Positions 1 through 13,620 are shown, counted from the stretch's first letter. The stretch: DNA of 64,000 bases from Eledone cirrhosa (GCA_964016885.1 OZ024751.1:14260001-14324000), one strand, 5' to 3'. Notes: generated by a model from the sequence alone, not told the origin. Numbers and translations: made by a program.

Positions 1-683
1 AATATAGAGTAATGTAAATGCAAAAGGGTTAAGGAATTTGAAGAGAAGCAAAGGGCCTATGCTGAAGTGAAGCGATCAGCTAAATATATGAGAGATGTTA
101 AACCGCTCCCAGAACAGGGCTCAAAAGAGACTCTTACCTGTGAGGGATGATGTCAAAGGCTGGTCTACTAAGCCATAGCATATAAATAACACCTCTTAGT
201 ACCCCATATACCTTGATGTTGTATGTGGCATCTCTACCAAATTGTGTCACTCTGAAGGTGGACTAACAGCACCGAAGAGCATGCCTTGCCAATCAAACTG
301 AACCAGGTGAGAAAATTACCTGGTATGACATGTAAGTCATTCCCTGGTCTGATAAGCCATCTAAGGTGACATCAGCAACAACAACATCAATAACACGTTT
401 TATGCCAATGTCTGTTTTTTCTAAGTGGTTGAGTTGGCTTTCACTATGTTTGTATAAGTGGTGTGTGTGTGTTAATGCACAATGGCTTCTAATCTAGTGA
501 CCTTTGTAGTCCAAAATAAATGAAGCACTCAATATTTGTAATAGAGTAAATATATCAATTTATACATTTATTTTATTACAACTTAGCTATGATATTTCTA
601 TGAGCTTTGCTGAAATATCATAGCTATCTTGTAAGAAGTTTAGCACTCTCTCTCTCTCTCTCATATATATATATACATATATA

Positions 684-1339
684 CAGTGAATCTTCGCTTA
701 TCCAGACGGTCAAAACCAGACAGTTAGAAAAAGATCCAGTTAAGTGAAATATCCAGATAAGTGAATTCTAAAATCCCATTGTTACATAATGCTTGTGGTT
801 TTTAATGTTTTGGCTTCTTTTAGTCAAAATAAAAGACAAATGCTAAGTAAAGAAAGTTTATTAGAATAACAAAAGAACAGCTAGAATTTATAAGAAAATT
901 AATTAAACAAACATAAGAATAAGTAAAAACTTGGTAAAACTGAATTGAGTCAAACCATAAAAAGTTAGTATTTTTTTTAAAATGAATAAATAGATGATTG
1001 TTTTCGCGCCGAATCTCGTCGTTCCGCTACCATTTCCACGCAACAGCTGAACTGTCAACCACCTCCCTCATGTTTATCGCACGTAAAAATGGAATCATTC
1101 CCGCGTCCCCTTTTCCGATTAAATCCCGCAGCAATTGTTTTCTGTAAATCCGCTTTAGTGTCTCCAGAACTCCCTGATCCATTGGCTAAATAAGTGACGT
1201 AACATTCGCCGGAAGAAATGCTGCCCAAATCTGTCCGTCTGCCGAAATCAAGTCCTCCTCATCCAGAGGTAGTATAGAAATAGCCGTCCGGTAAATCGAA
1301 TTTCGGAAAAGCGATATCCGGATAAGCGAAGATACACTG
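684..1339. mobile_element. Tc1/pogo (Tigger-like) non-autonomous element
   Basis: TIRs cagtg(a/t)atcttcgcttatcc(a/g)ga (21/23 match) with TA TSD. Confidence 0.88.
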
Positions 1340-1447
1340 TATATAAATATTGTTATTTGGGAACGGTCATGTAATATTGCCAGAAAAATATAGTAAAACA
1401 CACTCACTGTTTGATTTGGTTTTCACTTCATTATATTTTTATATTTA

Positions 1448-1781
1448 TGGAGGCACATGGCTTAGTGGTTAGAGCATTGGCCTTGCAATCGAAAGGTTGT
1501 GAGTTCAATTCTCAGACCGGGTGATGTGTTGTTTCCTTGAGCAAGGCACTTTATTTCACATTGCTCCAGTTTACTCAGCTGTAGAAATGAGATGATAGGG
1601 ACTGGGGTTCCTATCTATCCACTGCAAAGTGGTCGTGGAGGTGCCACGGCAAAAAAGCACCCAGCACTCACTGTAAATGAGGTTGGTGTTAGGAAGGGCA
1701 TCCAGCTGTAGAAATCAAGCCAGAATCAGTTCCTGTCCCACCCTTGCAAGCAGGGAAAAGCGGACGTAAAATGCTGATGAT
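1448..1781 (+). mobile_element. tRNA-derived SINE (family A) with RTE-LINE tail
   Basis: Box A TGGCTTAGTGG and box B GAGTTCAATTC. The 3' part matches the RTE 3' UTR at about 54780-55040. Ends in (TGA)n. Confidence 0.9.
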
Positions 1782-2056
1782 TTCTATAAATAATTCAGCT
1801 GGCAATCAATGTTTATCACTGACCAACAGTTAAAAAATATAAATATAGTTTCTCAGAGTTCTTTTGTAACACATATCTGTGACATCATCAATGGCGTTTC
1901 TATGTTTCTTCTCATGTTCCTATAATATTTTCTTATTCTATTTTATATAAAGTTTCATTGGGTTTAACACCAACCCCTCCTCCCCATGCATAGAGTACGT
2001 CCGTGATCTGTGGTCCCCCTGGTTTCAGCACCACAGACTTATACACACACACACAC

Positions 2057-2505
2057 AGGCACATGGCTTAGTAGTTAGAGCATTGGCCTTGCAATCAAAA
2101 GGTTGTGAGTTCAATTCTCAGACTGGGTCCACTTTGCAGTGGAATGATAGGGACTCCAGTCGTATCATCTCATTTCTACAGCTGAGTGAACTGGAGCAAT
2201 GTGAAATAAAGTGTTGTTTCCTTGAGCAAGACACTTTATTTCACATTGCTCCAGTTCACTCAGCTGTAGAAATGAGATGATACGACTGAAATCCCTATCA
2301 TTCCACGGCAAAAAAGCACCCAGCCCACACTGTAAAGTGAACGTGTAGGCGCCACGGAAAAAAAAGCACCCATCACTCACTGTAAATGAGGTTGGTGTTA
2401 GGAAGGGCATCCAGCTGTAGAAATCAAGCCAGAATCAGTTCCCGTCCCACCCTTGCAAGCAGGGAAAAGCGGACGTAAAATGATGATAAAAAAAAATGAT
2501 GATGA
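2057..2505 (+). mobile_element. SINE family A with an internal inverted duplication
   Basis: Same head and tail as the copy at 1448, with an internal fold-back at 2157-2288. Confidence 0.85.
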
Positions 2506-3774
2506 TATACATATACACACACATACACATACATACACACAAGGTGTCCCAAGAAATGTATACATACTTTGATTATCAGTACAGACAATATTTATTAAAA
2601 TGTTGTGAAGTGTGTATATCATTTTTTAGGACTCCCTGTGTGTATATATATATATATGAACTTCTGTCCAAAGCACTAAACTCTTCTCTACTTCTTCCTT
2701 AGTGTAATCCGAATAAGACTGTTTTTGTATCCTTGAGTTTGTGTTATTTTTTCAATTATATATTATCATCATCGTTTTACATCCGCTTTTCCCTGCTTGC
2801 AAGAGTGGGATGGGTTTTCTTCAGCACAACATCTCTCCATTCATCACAGTCCCTTGTCATCACCTTTGTGAGCTTCAGCAATCTGAGGTCAGTTCACACC
2901 ACCTCCACCCATGTTTTTTATGGTTTTCCTCTAGTGCGTCTTCCTTCCACCGGGATTTCTTGGCATTTCTTCACCCAGCTGTCATCTTCCATGCGCATCA
3001 CATAGCCATACCAACACAGTCTTTTCTCCTGCACACTACAGTTTATCCCTCTTATACACAGTTTCACTCTCAACTCGTCTATATATATATTCTCCAAGAG
3101 ATGGTGACTTAAATAGACCTGTTTTTTCTCAAAGAAATTTTTTTCCATTTCTGCTACTGCCCAGTATCCTCTATCTTTCTATTTCTTCTTAATTTCTCAT
3201 TCTATTTTCTGATGAAGGACTAGCATCTGAAACATTAAGACTCTTTTCCTACTATATCAAGTGTAAAACCTCCAGCAAAACCTTGATAGAATTGGAATCA
3301 GCCACAACATTACAACATTGCAGAAAACAACAATTTGGGTAACAGCAAATATCCTGCGGAAAGTACTGTCTATCTGAGGTTATATAACTTGACAGGAAGT
3401 CAGTTAAATGGTCCAGTGTTAATAAGATCATCACTGTACAAACGAATAATAATAATAATAGTTTCTACTTTTGGCACAAGGCCAGCAATTATCCCAGTGC
3501 ATTACTGGTACTTTATTTTATCGACCCTGTAAAGATGAAAGGCAAAGTTAACCTCGGCAGGATTTGAACTGAGACCCTAAAGGGCCATAACTCTGTGCTG
3601 CAAAGCATGGCGTCTGACCCTCTCCCGAGACTGCCAACCAAACTAATAATACATTCTTCATTGTACTGTGTTGTTTGCTTTGTTATTTCTGTTTGCCTTT
3701 TCTATCTATCTATCATCATCATCATCATTGGTTTTATGTCTGGAAGATGGATGTTAAACGATGATGATGATGAT

Positions 3775-4398
3775 TTTCCATACTTGCATGGGTTGTACAG
3801 GTCCTTCTCAACACATCACAATCCTTTTTCATCCTCTCTGTGAGTTACAGTGATCTGAGGTCAGCTCTCACAACCTCTGCCCAGGTCTTTCTTGGTCTAC
3901 CTCTACCACTGCTTCCTTCCACTGATTTTCTGGCACTTGTTCATCCAATGATCATTGTTCATGCACATCACATCCAACCAACAGTCTTCTTTCCTGCACA
4001 CCACTTCAGATTCCTCTTAAACCCAGCTTCTCCCTCAACTAGTCCAAGCTCTGCCTTTCTCTCACACATCACATCCAACGGAGCATGGCTGTTTTGTTTC
4101 TCTCCAGTCTACGTATGTCCTCTGTAGTCAATCCATGTTTCACTATGTACGTAGGGAGAAAAAAAACCTTTTGTGGTCAACAGTGAGAGTAGCTCTGAAC
4201 TTTTTCCATCCTTTCTTTATTCTTGCTAATTATGTTTCCTAGATCGCAGAAGCTATCAACCACTTCTATGGGTCCTTCCTGTGACTGGAATAGGCTTATA
4301 TCAGTGGCTATCTTTCCCTCGATTACTCCTCTGCATTGTCTACAAACAAAGTCTTCTCTTCCTGTTAGAATACCCATTATCCCACTAAATCTCTTGTA
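3775..4398 (-). mobile_element. Degenerate RTE LINE 3' fragment; another at about 2765-3080
   Basis: HLYKRFSGIMGIL...FVCRQC...IEVVDSFCDLG and RLCWYGYVMRMEDDSWVKKC match the C-terminus of the 52.6-55 kb element. Confidence 0.8.
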
Positions 4399-5140
4399 AA
4401 GGTGCATGGCTTAATGGTTAGAGCATCAGGCTTATAACCGTGAGGTTGTGAGTTCGATTCTCAAACCAGGCTTTGTGTTGTGGTCTTGAGAAAGGCACTT
4501 TATTTCACATTGTTCCAGTTCACTCAGGTGTAGAAATGAGTTGCGATGTCACTGGTGGCAAGTTGTATCGGCCATTGCCTTTCCCTTGGACAACATCGAT
4601 GGCATGGAGAGGGGGAGATTGGTATACATGGGTGACTGGTGGTCTTCCACAAACAACCTTGCCCGCACTTATGCCTTAGATGGTAACTTTCTCAGTGCAA
4701 ATCCCATGGTCATTCATGGCCAAAGGGGGTCTTTACCCTCTTGAGTACCCAAGATTGACATTGTGTACATCACATGGAGTTTATGCCTACTCCCTTTCTA
4801 CATATTGAACAGGACCACTTCCCTGAAGGAATCAAGGATCTAACTTGTCACCTACTCACTATCACTATAGTTTTGGCTAAATCTCTGTTAATAATATATA
4901 TTATTAGCACAGATTAAAAATTAAGCGTACAATTTCTGCTTTCACTCTAAAGCAGAAGTAAACATAAAAAAAAACAACAATTACGACACCATTTGTTGAT
5001 TGCCATTGGTATGTGACATGTTAATAGGTCTTGTTAAAGCCTGACATTGAATGACAGGTTTCATTTACAGCTTACTGGACACTTGAAAATAACGATGTCT
5101 ACCTCACATGTAACTTCTTCAAGTGATTTATAACAGTCCA

Positions 5141-6060
5141 GTGTTAGTGATAGTAGTGGTGGTGGTGGTGTTGGTAGTAGTGGTGGTGGTGTTGTTGTTG
5201 GTAGTAGTGGTGGTGGTGGTGTTGTTGGTAGTGGTGGTGGTGTTGGTAGTAGTGATGGTGGTGGTGGTGGTGTTGGTAGTAGTGGTGGTGGTGTTGTTGT
5301 TGGTAGTAGTGATGGTGGTAGTAGTGGTGGTGGTGGTAGTAGTGGTGGTGGTGGTGTTGATAGTAGTGGTGGTGGTGTTGTTGGTAGTGATGGTGGTGTT
5401 GGTAGTAGTGGTGGTGGTGTTGGTAGTAGTGGTGGTGGTGTTGGTAGTGGTGGTGGTGGTGGTGGTGGTGGTATTGGTAGTAGTGGTGGTGGTGTTGTTG
5501 GTGGTAGTGGTGGTGGTGTTGTTGGTGGTAGTGGTGGTGGTGTTGTTGGTAGTGGTGGTGTTGGTGGTGGTGTTGTTGGTAGTGGTGGTGGTGGTGTTGT
5601 TGGTAGTGGTGGTGGTGGTGTTGTTAGTAGTGGTGGTGGTGGTGTTGGTAGTAGTGGTGGTGATGGTGGTATTGGTAGTAGTGGTGGTGGTGTTGTTGGT
5701 GGTAGTGGTGGTGTTAGTAGTGGTGGTGTTGTTAGTGGTGGTGGTGGTGTTGGTAGTGGTGGTGGTGGTGTTGTTGGTAGTGGTGGTGGTGGTGTTGTTG
5801 GTAGTAGTGGTGGTGATGGTGGTATTGGTAGTAGTGGTGGTGATGGTGGTATTGGTAGTAGTGGTGGTGGTGGTGTTGTTGGTGGTAGTGGTGGTGTTGT
5901 TAGTGGTGGTGTTGTTGGTAGTAGTGGTGGTGGTGTTGTTGGTAGTGGTGGTGGTGGTAGTAGTAGTGATGTTGTTGGTTGGTGGGACGCTGATGGTGAT
6001 GGTTGCGGTGTTGGTGGTGGTGGTAGTGTTAGTAGTAGTGTTGTTGTTGGTAGTGGTGCT
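5141..6060. repeat. (GTG/GTA/TTG)n triplet array
   Basis: Directly visible; gives a spurious poly-Val ORF. Similar tracts at 30330-30600 and 51290-51610. Confidence 0.97.
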
Positions 6061-6469
6061 GAATGGGGTGGATTAAGACTCTATAACAACAGTGAAATGT
6101 ATGTTAACTACCCCCCAGTTTGTTTCTTTACCACAGTGGCAGTTGTATATTTTCTAACATATCAGCTGTAGCTGCACATGGCAACTTAATGCAGATGCAT
6201 TCTATCCTCCATATTATGTCTTTCACTGTCCACTGTAAATTGTCCTTCTCCCAAGCTGCACAGTTCATTACTTGCCCTTCCCTTCTCCCCTGCAGCGACA
6301 CCAGACCCCTTGCCACACCCTCCCCGTTCTTTTTCTCTTTTTTCTCTATATTTCCCTATTTTTTCTTTCCGTTTGTTCCCTCACCTTTTTTTATATTATT
6401 ATTGTCGTCATTATTGTTGTCATCGTTACAACTTATCTCAAGCAAAGTTGTTAGAGAATTACAATTAAT

Positions 6470-6653
6470 TGTTTCTACTTTTGGTACAAGGCCAGCAAAA
6501 TACCCAGTACATTACTGGTACTTTATTTTATCGACCCCGTAAGGATGAAAGGCAAAGTTAACCTCGGCGGGATTTGAACTCAGACCATAAAGGGCCGTAA
6601 CTCTTTGCTGCAAAGCATGGCGTCCGACCATCTACTGATACTGCCAATCCACC
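6470..6653 (-). mobile_element. SINE family B (~185 bp) with 20-bp TSD
   Basis: Flanked by gttagagaattacaattaat at 6450-6469 and 6654-6673. Box A-like TGGCAGTATC(G/A)G, box B GAGTTCAAATCC, core gcctttcatccttacggggtcgataaaataaagtaccag. Other copies at about 3460, 7795, 20843, 26764, 26960, 37081 and 44386. Confidence 0.9.
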
Positions 6654-6966
6654 GTTAGAGAATTACAATTAATGATATCTGTGAGTTAGTGTACATTACT
6701 TATCTGAGGTTTTGTATTGTAATGAATATCACAATATTCATAATATTACTTAAGTTCACTGCTGCACAGTTCAGTGCCAATCTTTTCTCAATTTGGAACT
6801 CTGGTTCCTATTCTCCTAGATCTGACTTCAGATGTTATTCTTTAAATCTTTTCATAGAGTATGTAGCTCAAAATAGCATTTGTATGTGTGGATGTGTATG
6901 TAAGTGCTCCTTCATGTTATTTTTTTCCTTATTTATTCCTTTCCCAGAAGTTTCCCTCTTACCTCA

Positions 6967-7001
<35 letters not shown>

Positions 7002-8726
7002 AGGTAAACAGAAATAACAACACAAGCGGTACAGTATATGCAAGGATATATTAGGTTAACGCTTGATATAGAAGGAAGAGGGTCTTATAAAATAAAAGTT
7101 TCCTTTATTCTCCAAATTTTCGCCAAATACACATACATACATATATACACACACACACATATATATACATATAAAATATAAGTCCTTTTATTCTCCAAAT
7201 ATTCACCAAACACACACACACGCGTGAGTGTGTGTTTACATATCTATATCAAATGAGTTAGTGATGTGATGTGATAAATTATCATCCCATCCAAATATAA
7301 ATATAACTGTTCCGAAATAGAAGCCATCTTAACAATTACTGTCTATTCTGAAGGTTTGTGGAGGCTGTCGTCGATTTCGTTGTTGTTGACCTCAGGTCAG
7401 CTCTCCTCAAAAGAAGCGTTCCGCCCTTGCCCTTCCCATATTTTTCTGTTTTCGTTTGTTCCACCATGTTCTTGTTTATATCCCGTAACATAGCGGTTCG
7501 ATAAAAATAATCGATAAAATAAGTACAAGACGTGGGAAAAGGATGGACTTAGGTCGATAGCTACAGTGTGGCCGCAGTCTAAGGAGTGAAACCAGTAAAT
7601 GAAATATGGATATATATATATATATATATCCCTGTGACTACATTGTCCGAAGGAGAATTGGCTGCTATTTCTAGAAGATCGTTACTTTATTACCAAGTTA
7701 CTTATTTAACCTTTCCTCAGTATTTAGCGAGTATACTTTATCGACATTGGGTGTATGAAAATAATTCTCTTTAAATCGTAGTTTAAAAAAATAATTGTTT
7801 CTATTTTAGGCACAAGGCCAGTGCATTACTGGTACTTTATTTTATCGACCCCGTAAGGATGAAAGGCAAAGTTAACCTCGGCGGGATTTGAACTCAGATC
7901 ATAAAGGGACGTAACTCTAAGCTTCAAAGCATGGTGTCCGACTCTCTACCGATACTGCCAATAATAAAGTTAGATAACTCTGGGATACATTTATACAGTT
8001 ACTTCCCTTGTATCGATAACTAGTTCTGAATCAGACTTTTTTTTTAATGCAAAACTTGAAAGGTGTTTTTTTAGTAGATCTATATATATAGTTAAAAGCA
8101 ATCTAGTCCTGGTCTTCCCGCCTTTTTATATATCTAGAGCTACGTTGTCTTTAAAATATTAGAATATGATTTGAAGGAATTAAGCTGTTATTTCTGGCAA
8201 GTAAAGCCACAGCAAACAGCTCTTGTTATCGTAAGATTAGTTCTTGAAACGCCAGGCAAAATATTTTACTGTTTTTAAATACAGCTTCTTTACATTATAA
8301 GTTCAATGGCTGTTGAGGTCAACTTTAGTATTTCTTTTTTTTTATCTTTCCGATGTGGATAAAATGTAACAGCAGTCTTGGGGCGAGGTGGGTTTCTATG
8401 TTAGTAATGATTAACAAACATACTAATAATTGAAGGATCAACTCAGAAGGTGAAGGGACATAACTATGCCGCAAAGCATGGTGTCTGACGCTCTACCGAT
8501 ACTGCCAATCCACACTTTTATATGTATATATCCCCTGTAACACTTTAAACACACAGACATACATATACAAAAGTACACACACTACACTTCCTATCTGAAT
8601 CATATTGTTACTACAGGAAGTTCATTTGCTCCAGTTTGAGATTACCTTTCTTTCTCCTTTCTGTCAATGTCAGACGACATGAAAAGGGTCAGGGGCATTG
8701 TCCCACTCTCGCTGACAAAACAGTAA

Positions 8727-8901
8727 CAGACCTGCCAACTCTCCCCGTCAGATGAGGAGATCTCCCACCCACTTTGGGGTGGCTGAGAGATGTCTTCTCT
8801 TGCGAAAATGGGTATAGCTTTCATTATGTAAAATCTCCCCATTTTGGGGCACTTTTTTTCATGGTACTCCCCATTTGTATTTTTAGAGGTTGGCACGTTT
8901 G
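8727..8901. mobile_element. MITE with 6-bp TSD (hAT-like termini)
   Basis: TIRs cagacctgccaac / gttggcacgtttg. CAGTAA is duplicated at 8721-8726 and 8902-8907. Confidence 0.8.
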
Positions 8902-9267
8902 CAGTAATGGGGTAGACTAACCAGCATTAATCAAATGTTTCTCTATATACACACACTCATACACACAACACAATATACACATACGTGCATAAACACTGTA
9001 CAAATAAATACACATAAACTCATGCACAGATTTACATAACATAACACAGATACACAACACACATGCACATAACGCAGATTCACAACACATGCACATAACG
9101 CAGATTCACAACACACATGCACATAACGCAGATTCACAACACACATGCACATAACGCAGATTCACACACACACACACACACACACACATGATGGCAAGAG
9201 TATATGTGTGGGGAAAATATCCTTTTGTCATCTCTACATTTCTTTAATACTGTTATATTTCTTGCAG

Positions 9268-9486
9268 TCTGATGATGTGGTGCCATTCATCCTTGACAGT
9301 AAATTATATTCTCATGTGTTGAAGAGGATTGTTGGAATGGTAGCTGCAGCAGAATCCGTGCTTGATGAAACTGACCCAGATTTTGCTGAAGCAATATTAG
9401 ATGCAAATTACGGAATTCTTTTGAAGGGCCAAAAAAAGCTTTTATATGATGAAGTATTTGGGTTGCATGTTGTGGATTCCCCTTAA
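9268..9486 (+). CDS. Probable last coding exon of an upstream, unidentified gene
   Basis: Acceptor ttatatttcttgcag|. 72 codons of non-repetitive, protein-like sequence SDDVVPFILDSKLYSHVLKRIVGMVAAAESVLDETDPDFAEAILDANYGILLKGQKKLLYDEVFGLHVVDSP*. AATAAA downstream at 10049. Confidence 0.65.
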   Translation, partial: SDDVVPFILDSKLYSHVLKRIVGMVAAAESVLDETDPDFAEAILDANYGILLKGQKKLLYDEVFGLHVVDSP

Positions 9487-10086
9487 AATTGATTTCTCAT
9501 CTACAAACACGAAGACCCACTATTTCCTGTCCAAGTTAATAACAAGCCTGAAAACAGTTCATCTAATGACCATATCCCCTAGCAGTAATTAAAAAGTTAA
9601 TTATTAATTATCACTAATTACGTCTACCTTCACTGAGTTTTTTTTTCCTCTCCCACAACTCATCTACTCCACATTTGTTTAGGTTCTACAGACTTAACCA
9701 TAATGTTTTTTAAACATTGTGACACCATGACAATACCAGTGGTGTAATGGTTGGAATTTTTTCAAGAATTTAAAAAGAAATCCATGGTGTCCCAGTGAAA
9801 CTAATGAAAGAACTGTAACTTACCATTATATCTCCCCTGCTCCCCATAAACCTCACAGCTGTTGTACACAAGTATAGCCTCGGCTGTGTTATCTGAAATC
9901 CTCTTCTAAAGTATTTTATGTGTTTCAAACTGTATCGTTTCCTTGATAACACTATTGTAAGAAATATTTGCTATGAATGCAGTATGTCATAGCAACTATG
10001 ACTAAAGTATTATATATACCAGTGAGATTGACTGGGGTATTAGGCACTAATAAATAGATATATAAGTGTCACAGCACCCGTCTCTC

Positions 10087-10142
<56 letters not shown>

Positions 10143-10685
10143 CATTTAATGTCACATCCATTAGTACGTTAAATGACAATATATATATATATATATATAT
10201 ATTACCACCAACTGGATCTATGTCTTAATGCCATTGACTGAAGTTCAGCATAAACACCAGTCACAAGAGCTAGGCATGTCACAAAACACTTCACACCACA
10301 AGTGACAACAACAGTGTGTCTCACAATAAAGACAATCAGTGACAGTGTGATGCTAATTTCTAAACCCTTCTGACATTAAATGGAACATAACAAATTTCAG
10401 CCATTATATCACACATTGGTTCAAAGGAATTTTAAATAGATTAATTAATTAATTCATGAAAAATTAACAATGATTGATTTAATTTAAAGTCAGATTTCTT
10501 CAAATTCATATTTTTTGTGTTGAATAAAAGTTAATAAAATGTAATTTCAAAAATAATATAAAATTCTTCATCTTGTTTTATTTTGAGTTAGGTTTTTCAA
10601 TGGTGTTACTTAACTCAGCAGAAAGTGATCTCCGACTTGCACTTGATAGGGTTGATGCCGAGTGTGGCTTACATAATATGTAATG

Positions 10686-10976
10686 CAGGGACGTGCAACA
10701 GGCGGCCCACCAGACCAGTCAGAGTGGCCTGCGGTGACAACTTTTAATTTTTACCTTGTAGACTTATTTAGAATTTTTGTAACCGTAATACAATTTTCTG
10801 TTAGTTGACCTATACTAAAGGGCTTCACTGATAGGGTTATGTGTGTTATAATTTCCCAGTTCCATGTTATGGAAAGAAGTTGTGATTAATCTTAGAGCTT
10901 AATAAACATTAATGGCCCTAATAGTTGTTCCAATGTTCAAAAGTGACCCGCCAATAGAATATATTGCACACCCCTG
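10686..10976. mobile_element. hAT MITE
   Basis: TIRs cagggacgtgcaa / ttgcacacccctg. 8-bp TSD atgtaatg/atgtagtg. Confidence 0.8.
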
Positions 10977-11084
10977 ATGTAGTGTATGCTACCTAGGGTG
11001 CTGTGGATCACGTGATATAGATATACCACATGTTATATATAACGTGGTATATACCATCACATGTTGTGTAGATAATTGTTGGTT

Positions 11085-11880
11085 GGAATTTACAGATGAC
11101 ATGGTACTGCTTGTTGAAAGGGGATTGTTGACATGTATTTGAAAAGTTTACTGCTGAGTGCCGCATGGCTGGAATGAAAATCGCTGCTGTAAAGACTGAG
11201 ACACTCATCTTCTCAAAGAAACTTGTGCAGTGAACTCTACATGTAAATGGACTTCCACTGAAACAGGTGGAGAAGTTCAAGTATCTCGAGGATGTGCTCA
11301 TGAGTGATGGAAGGCAGAGGCTGAATTAAGTGCAAGAATTGCAGGAGCTGGTCCAGCGATGTGCCAGCTTCAGCATTTAGTCATCAGAAGGGAGGTAGTT
11401 GTAAAAGCCAAACTCACTATCTTTAATTCGGTATTCGTGCCAACCGTTACCTATGGTCGTGAATCTTGGGTAACGACTGAAAGAATATGATCGCGAATAC
11501 AAGCAGCCAAAATGGGGTTCCTCTGAAGGGTTTCGGAGTAACGTTACTCGATAGAGTGCGTAGCTCGGAGATCAGAGAGTCACTCCAGGTAGAGCTGCTA
11601 CTTCTCCGAATTGAGAGGTCACATCTCTGATACAACAGACGTTGTTAAAATGTCTCAGGAAAGAGTTGCTGGACAGATTTTATGGACAAAATCAACTGGC
11701 AGACACCCAGGGGTATTTCCTGAGCAAGATGGTTGGATAACATCTATGCTTGGCAGTCTCGCTTGGGGATCCAGGTGGATCAGTTGGAGATGGTTGCTTC
11801 TGACAGGATCTGCTGGAAGGAGTGTTTGAGGTGAGCCTGCACAACCTTCTCAAGAACAAGTGGGCAAAGAAGAAGTAGTT
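11085..11880 (+). mobile_element. Degenerate RTE-like LINE 3' fragment (second family); related copy on the - strand at about 47440-48000
   Basis: LKQVEKFKYL, SVFVPTVTYGRESWV and RIQAAKMGFL, typical of an RT C-terminus. Confidence 0.8.
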
Positions 11881-12559
11881 ATATTTTTCAACTCTGCAAC
11901 TTTATCATTCTTTAGAAAATGAAGTGTGTAGATTGGCAGAATTAGTAGAACGTTGAAGTAAAATATTGTTGCATTATTTGTTCTGGGTTCAAATCAGCTT
12001 TGTGTTTCCTCCTTTCTGGGCTGATGAAATAAAGTTACCAGTCATACAGTGGGGTAGATTTAATCAACTTTGTCCCTCCCCTAAAATTTGCTGGTCTTGT
12101 GCCTAAATTAGGAACCACTAAAAGAGTGGTGAATTGGCAGAATTTGTTCCAGTTTTTACATTCTGAGTTCAAATCCTGCCACGGTCAACTCTGCTTTTCA
12201 TCCTATCGAGGTCAATAAACAAAGTACCAGTAACACACTGGTATCAGTTCTTCCTCTCTATCTCACTTCCTTTATCTCTCTCTCAATCTCTTCGAAAGAA
12301 ATCAGCTGTTTTCAGACCTGGAGAAGGGATATGTGCCTCCAGGTTTAAAATGCGCTCAAGCTCGATAAAATAAAATACCAGTAAAGTTCTTGGGTCGGTA
12401 GAACCAACTTCCCTCTCCCCTTTCCACAAATTACTGGCCTTGTGCCTAAATTAGAAAGTCTTACTAAGAAAATGGAGGGCTCTTGAGTGAAGAAACAGTA
12501 AAGAACTGATGATTTGGTTCCTACTTGGGATTTTAAGAGGGGCCTGCACATAAGCTGAT

Positions 12560-13260
12560 TACTATAGCTGGTGCACTGTAGTTTTACAGTCTGATATCCT
12601 TCAATAGAACTAAGAGTGGCATGCATTTTTGGCTAATTGGTGCAAGGTGCAATAAACTGCAGCTGGTGCAGTGCAAATTTTAGTCTGCTAACCTTCAAGG
12701 GAACCAAGTGTGGTGTGCACATTGGCTAATTGGTGCAAGGTGCAATAAACCTCAGCTGGTGCACTGAAGATTTATAGTCTGCTATCATTCAATGGAACTA
12801 AGTGTGGTGTGCACATTGGCTAATTGGTGCAAGGTGCAATAAACCTTAGCTGGTGCACTGAAGATTTACAGTCTGCTATCATTCAATGGAACTAAGTGTG
12901 GTAACCCATGCTAGTGTGCAAAGTGGACATTAAATGATGATAATGATTATGCACATTGAATTATGCTGAATGCTGCAGTTGGTGCAAAGTGCAAGAAACT
13001 AGTGAAATAAATTGCAGTTAGTGCACAGTGCAGATTTTAGTCTGCTATCCTTCAATGGAACTAAGTGCGGCATGAATATTTGGCTGACTTCTGCAGTTGG
13101 TGCAAAGTACAGATTTTACAGTCTTACCCTTGGCATGCACATTGTACCAACTACAGCAGTTAGCAGTACAGTAAACTGTAGTTGGTATACAATACAGATT
13201 TTAGTCTTACTCTTCAGTGAAACTGTAGGAGTTGCATGCACTTTGGTTGGCTGCAGCAGT
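12560..13260. repeat. ~94-bp tandem repeat, degenerating rightwards
   Basis: ttggctaattggtgcaaggtgcaataaac recurs at 12629, 12722 and 12816. Confidence 0.85.
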
Positions 13261-13575
13261 TGATGCACCAGTGGAAGAAACTACAGTGTCATTGTTTGTA
13301 TTTTAATTCAGAAATCTTCCCATGAGTGCATTTAGTAATCAGATTTTATCATACCAGATATCAGAACAAATATATATATACCAGCTTGCTACTGCTGCTG
13401 TTCGGGCCACTAACTTTATTTTACCTTGTCAAATTCCTTTCATAAACAACAATTATAACAAAGACACCACTTGATACTCTTAAGAACAGGTCAAAATCAT
13501 TCAATAAAGACCTGAAGTTAAGATTGTTTAGAGGTGTGTGTTTGCGCGCGCGCGTGCGTATATATGTATAAATTC

Positions 13576-13620
<45 letters not shown>

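Noticed and set aside
5123-6076. 317-aa poly-Val ORF
   Set aside because: Translation of a triplet repeat; no splice or composition support.
5071-6890. Candidate upstream exons for the 9268 exon (after tttacag at 5070, and at about 6750-6880)
   Set aside because: Frames close quickly or lack convincing paired splice sites; cannot be supported.
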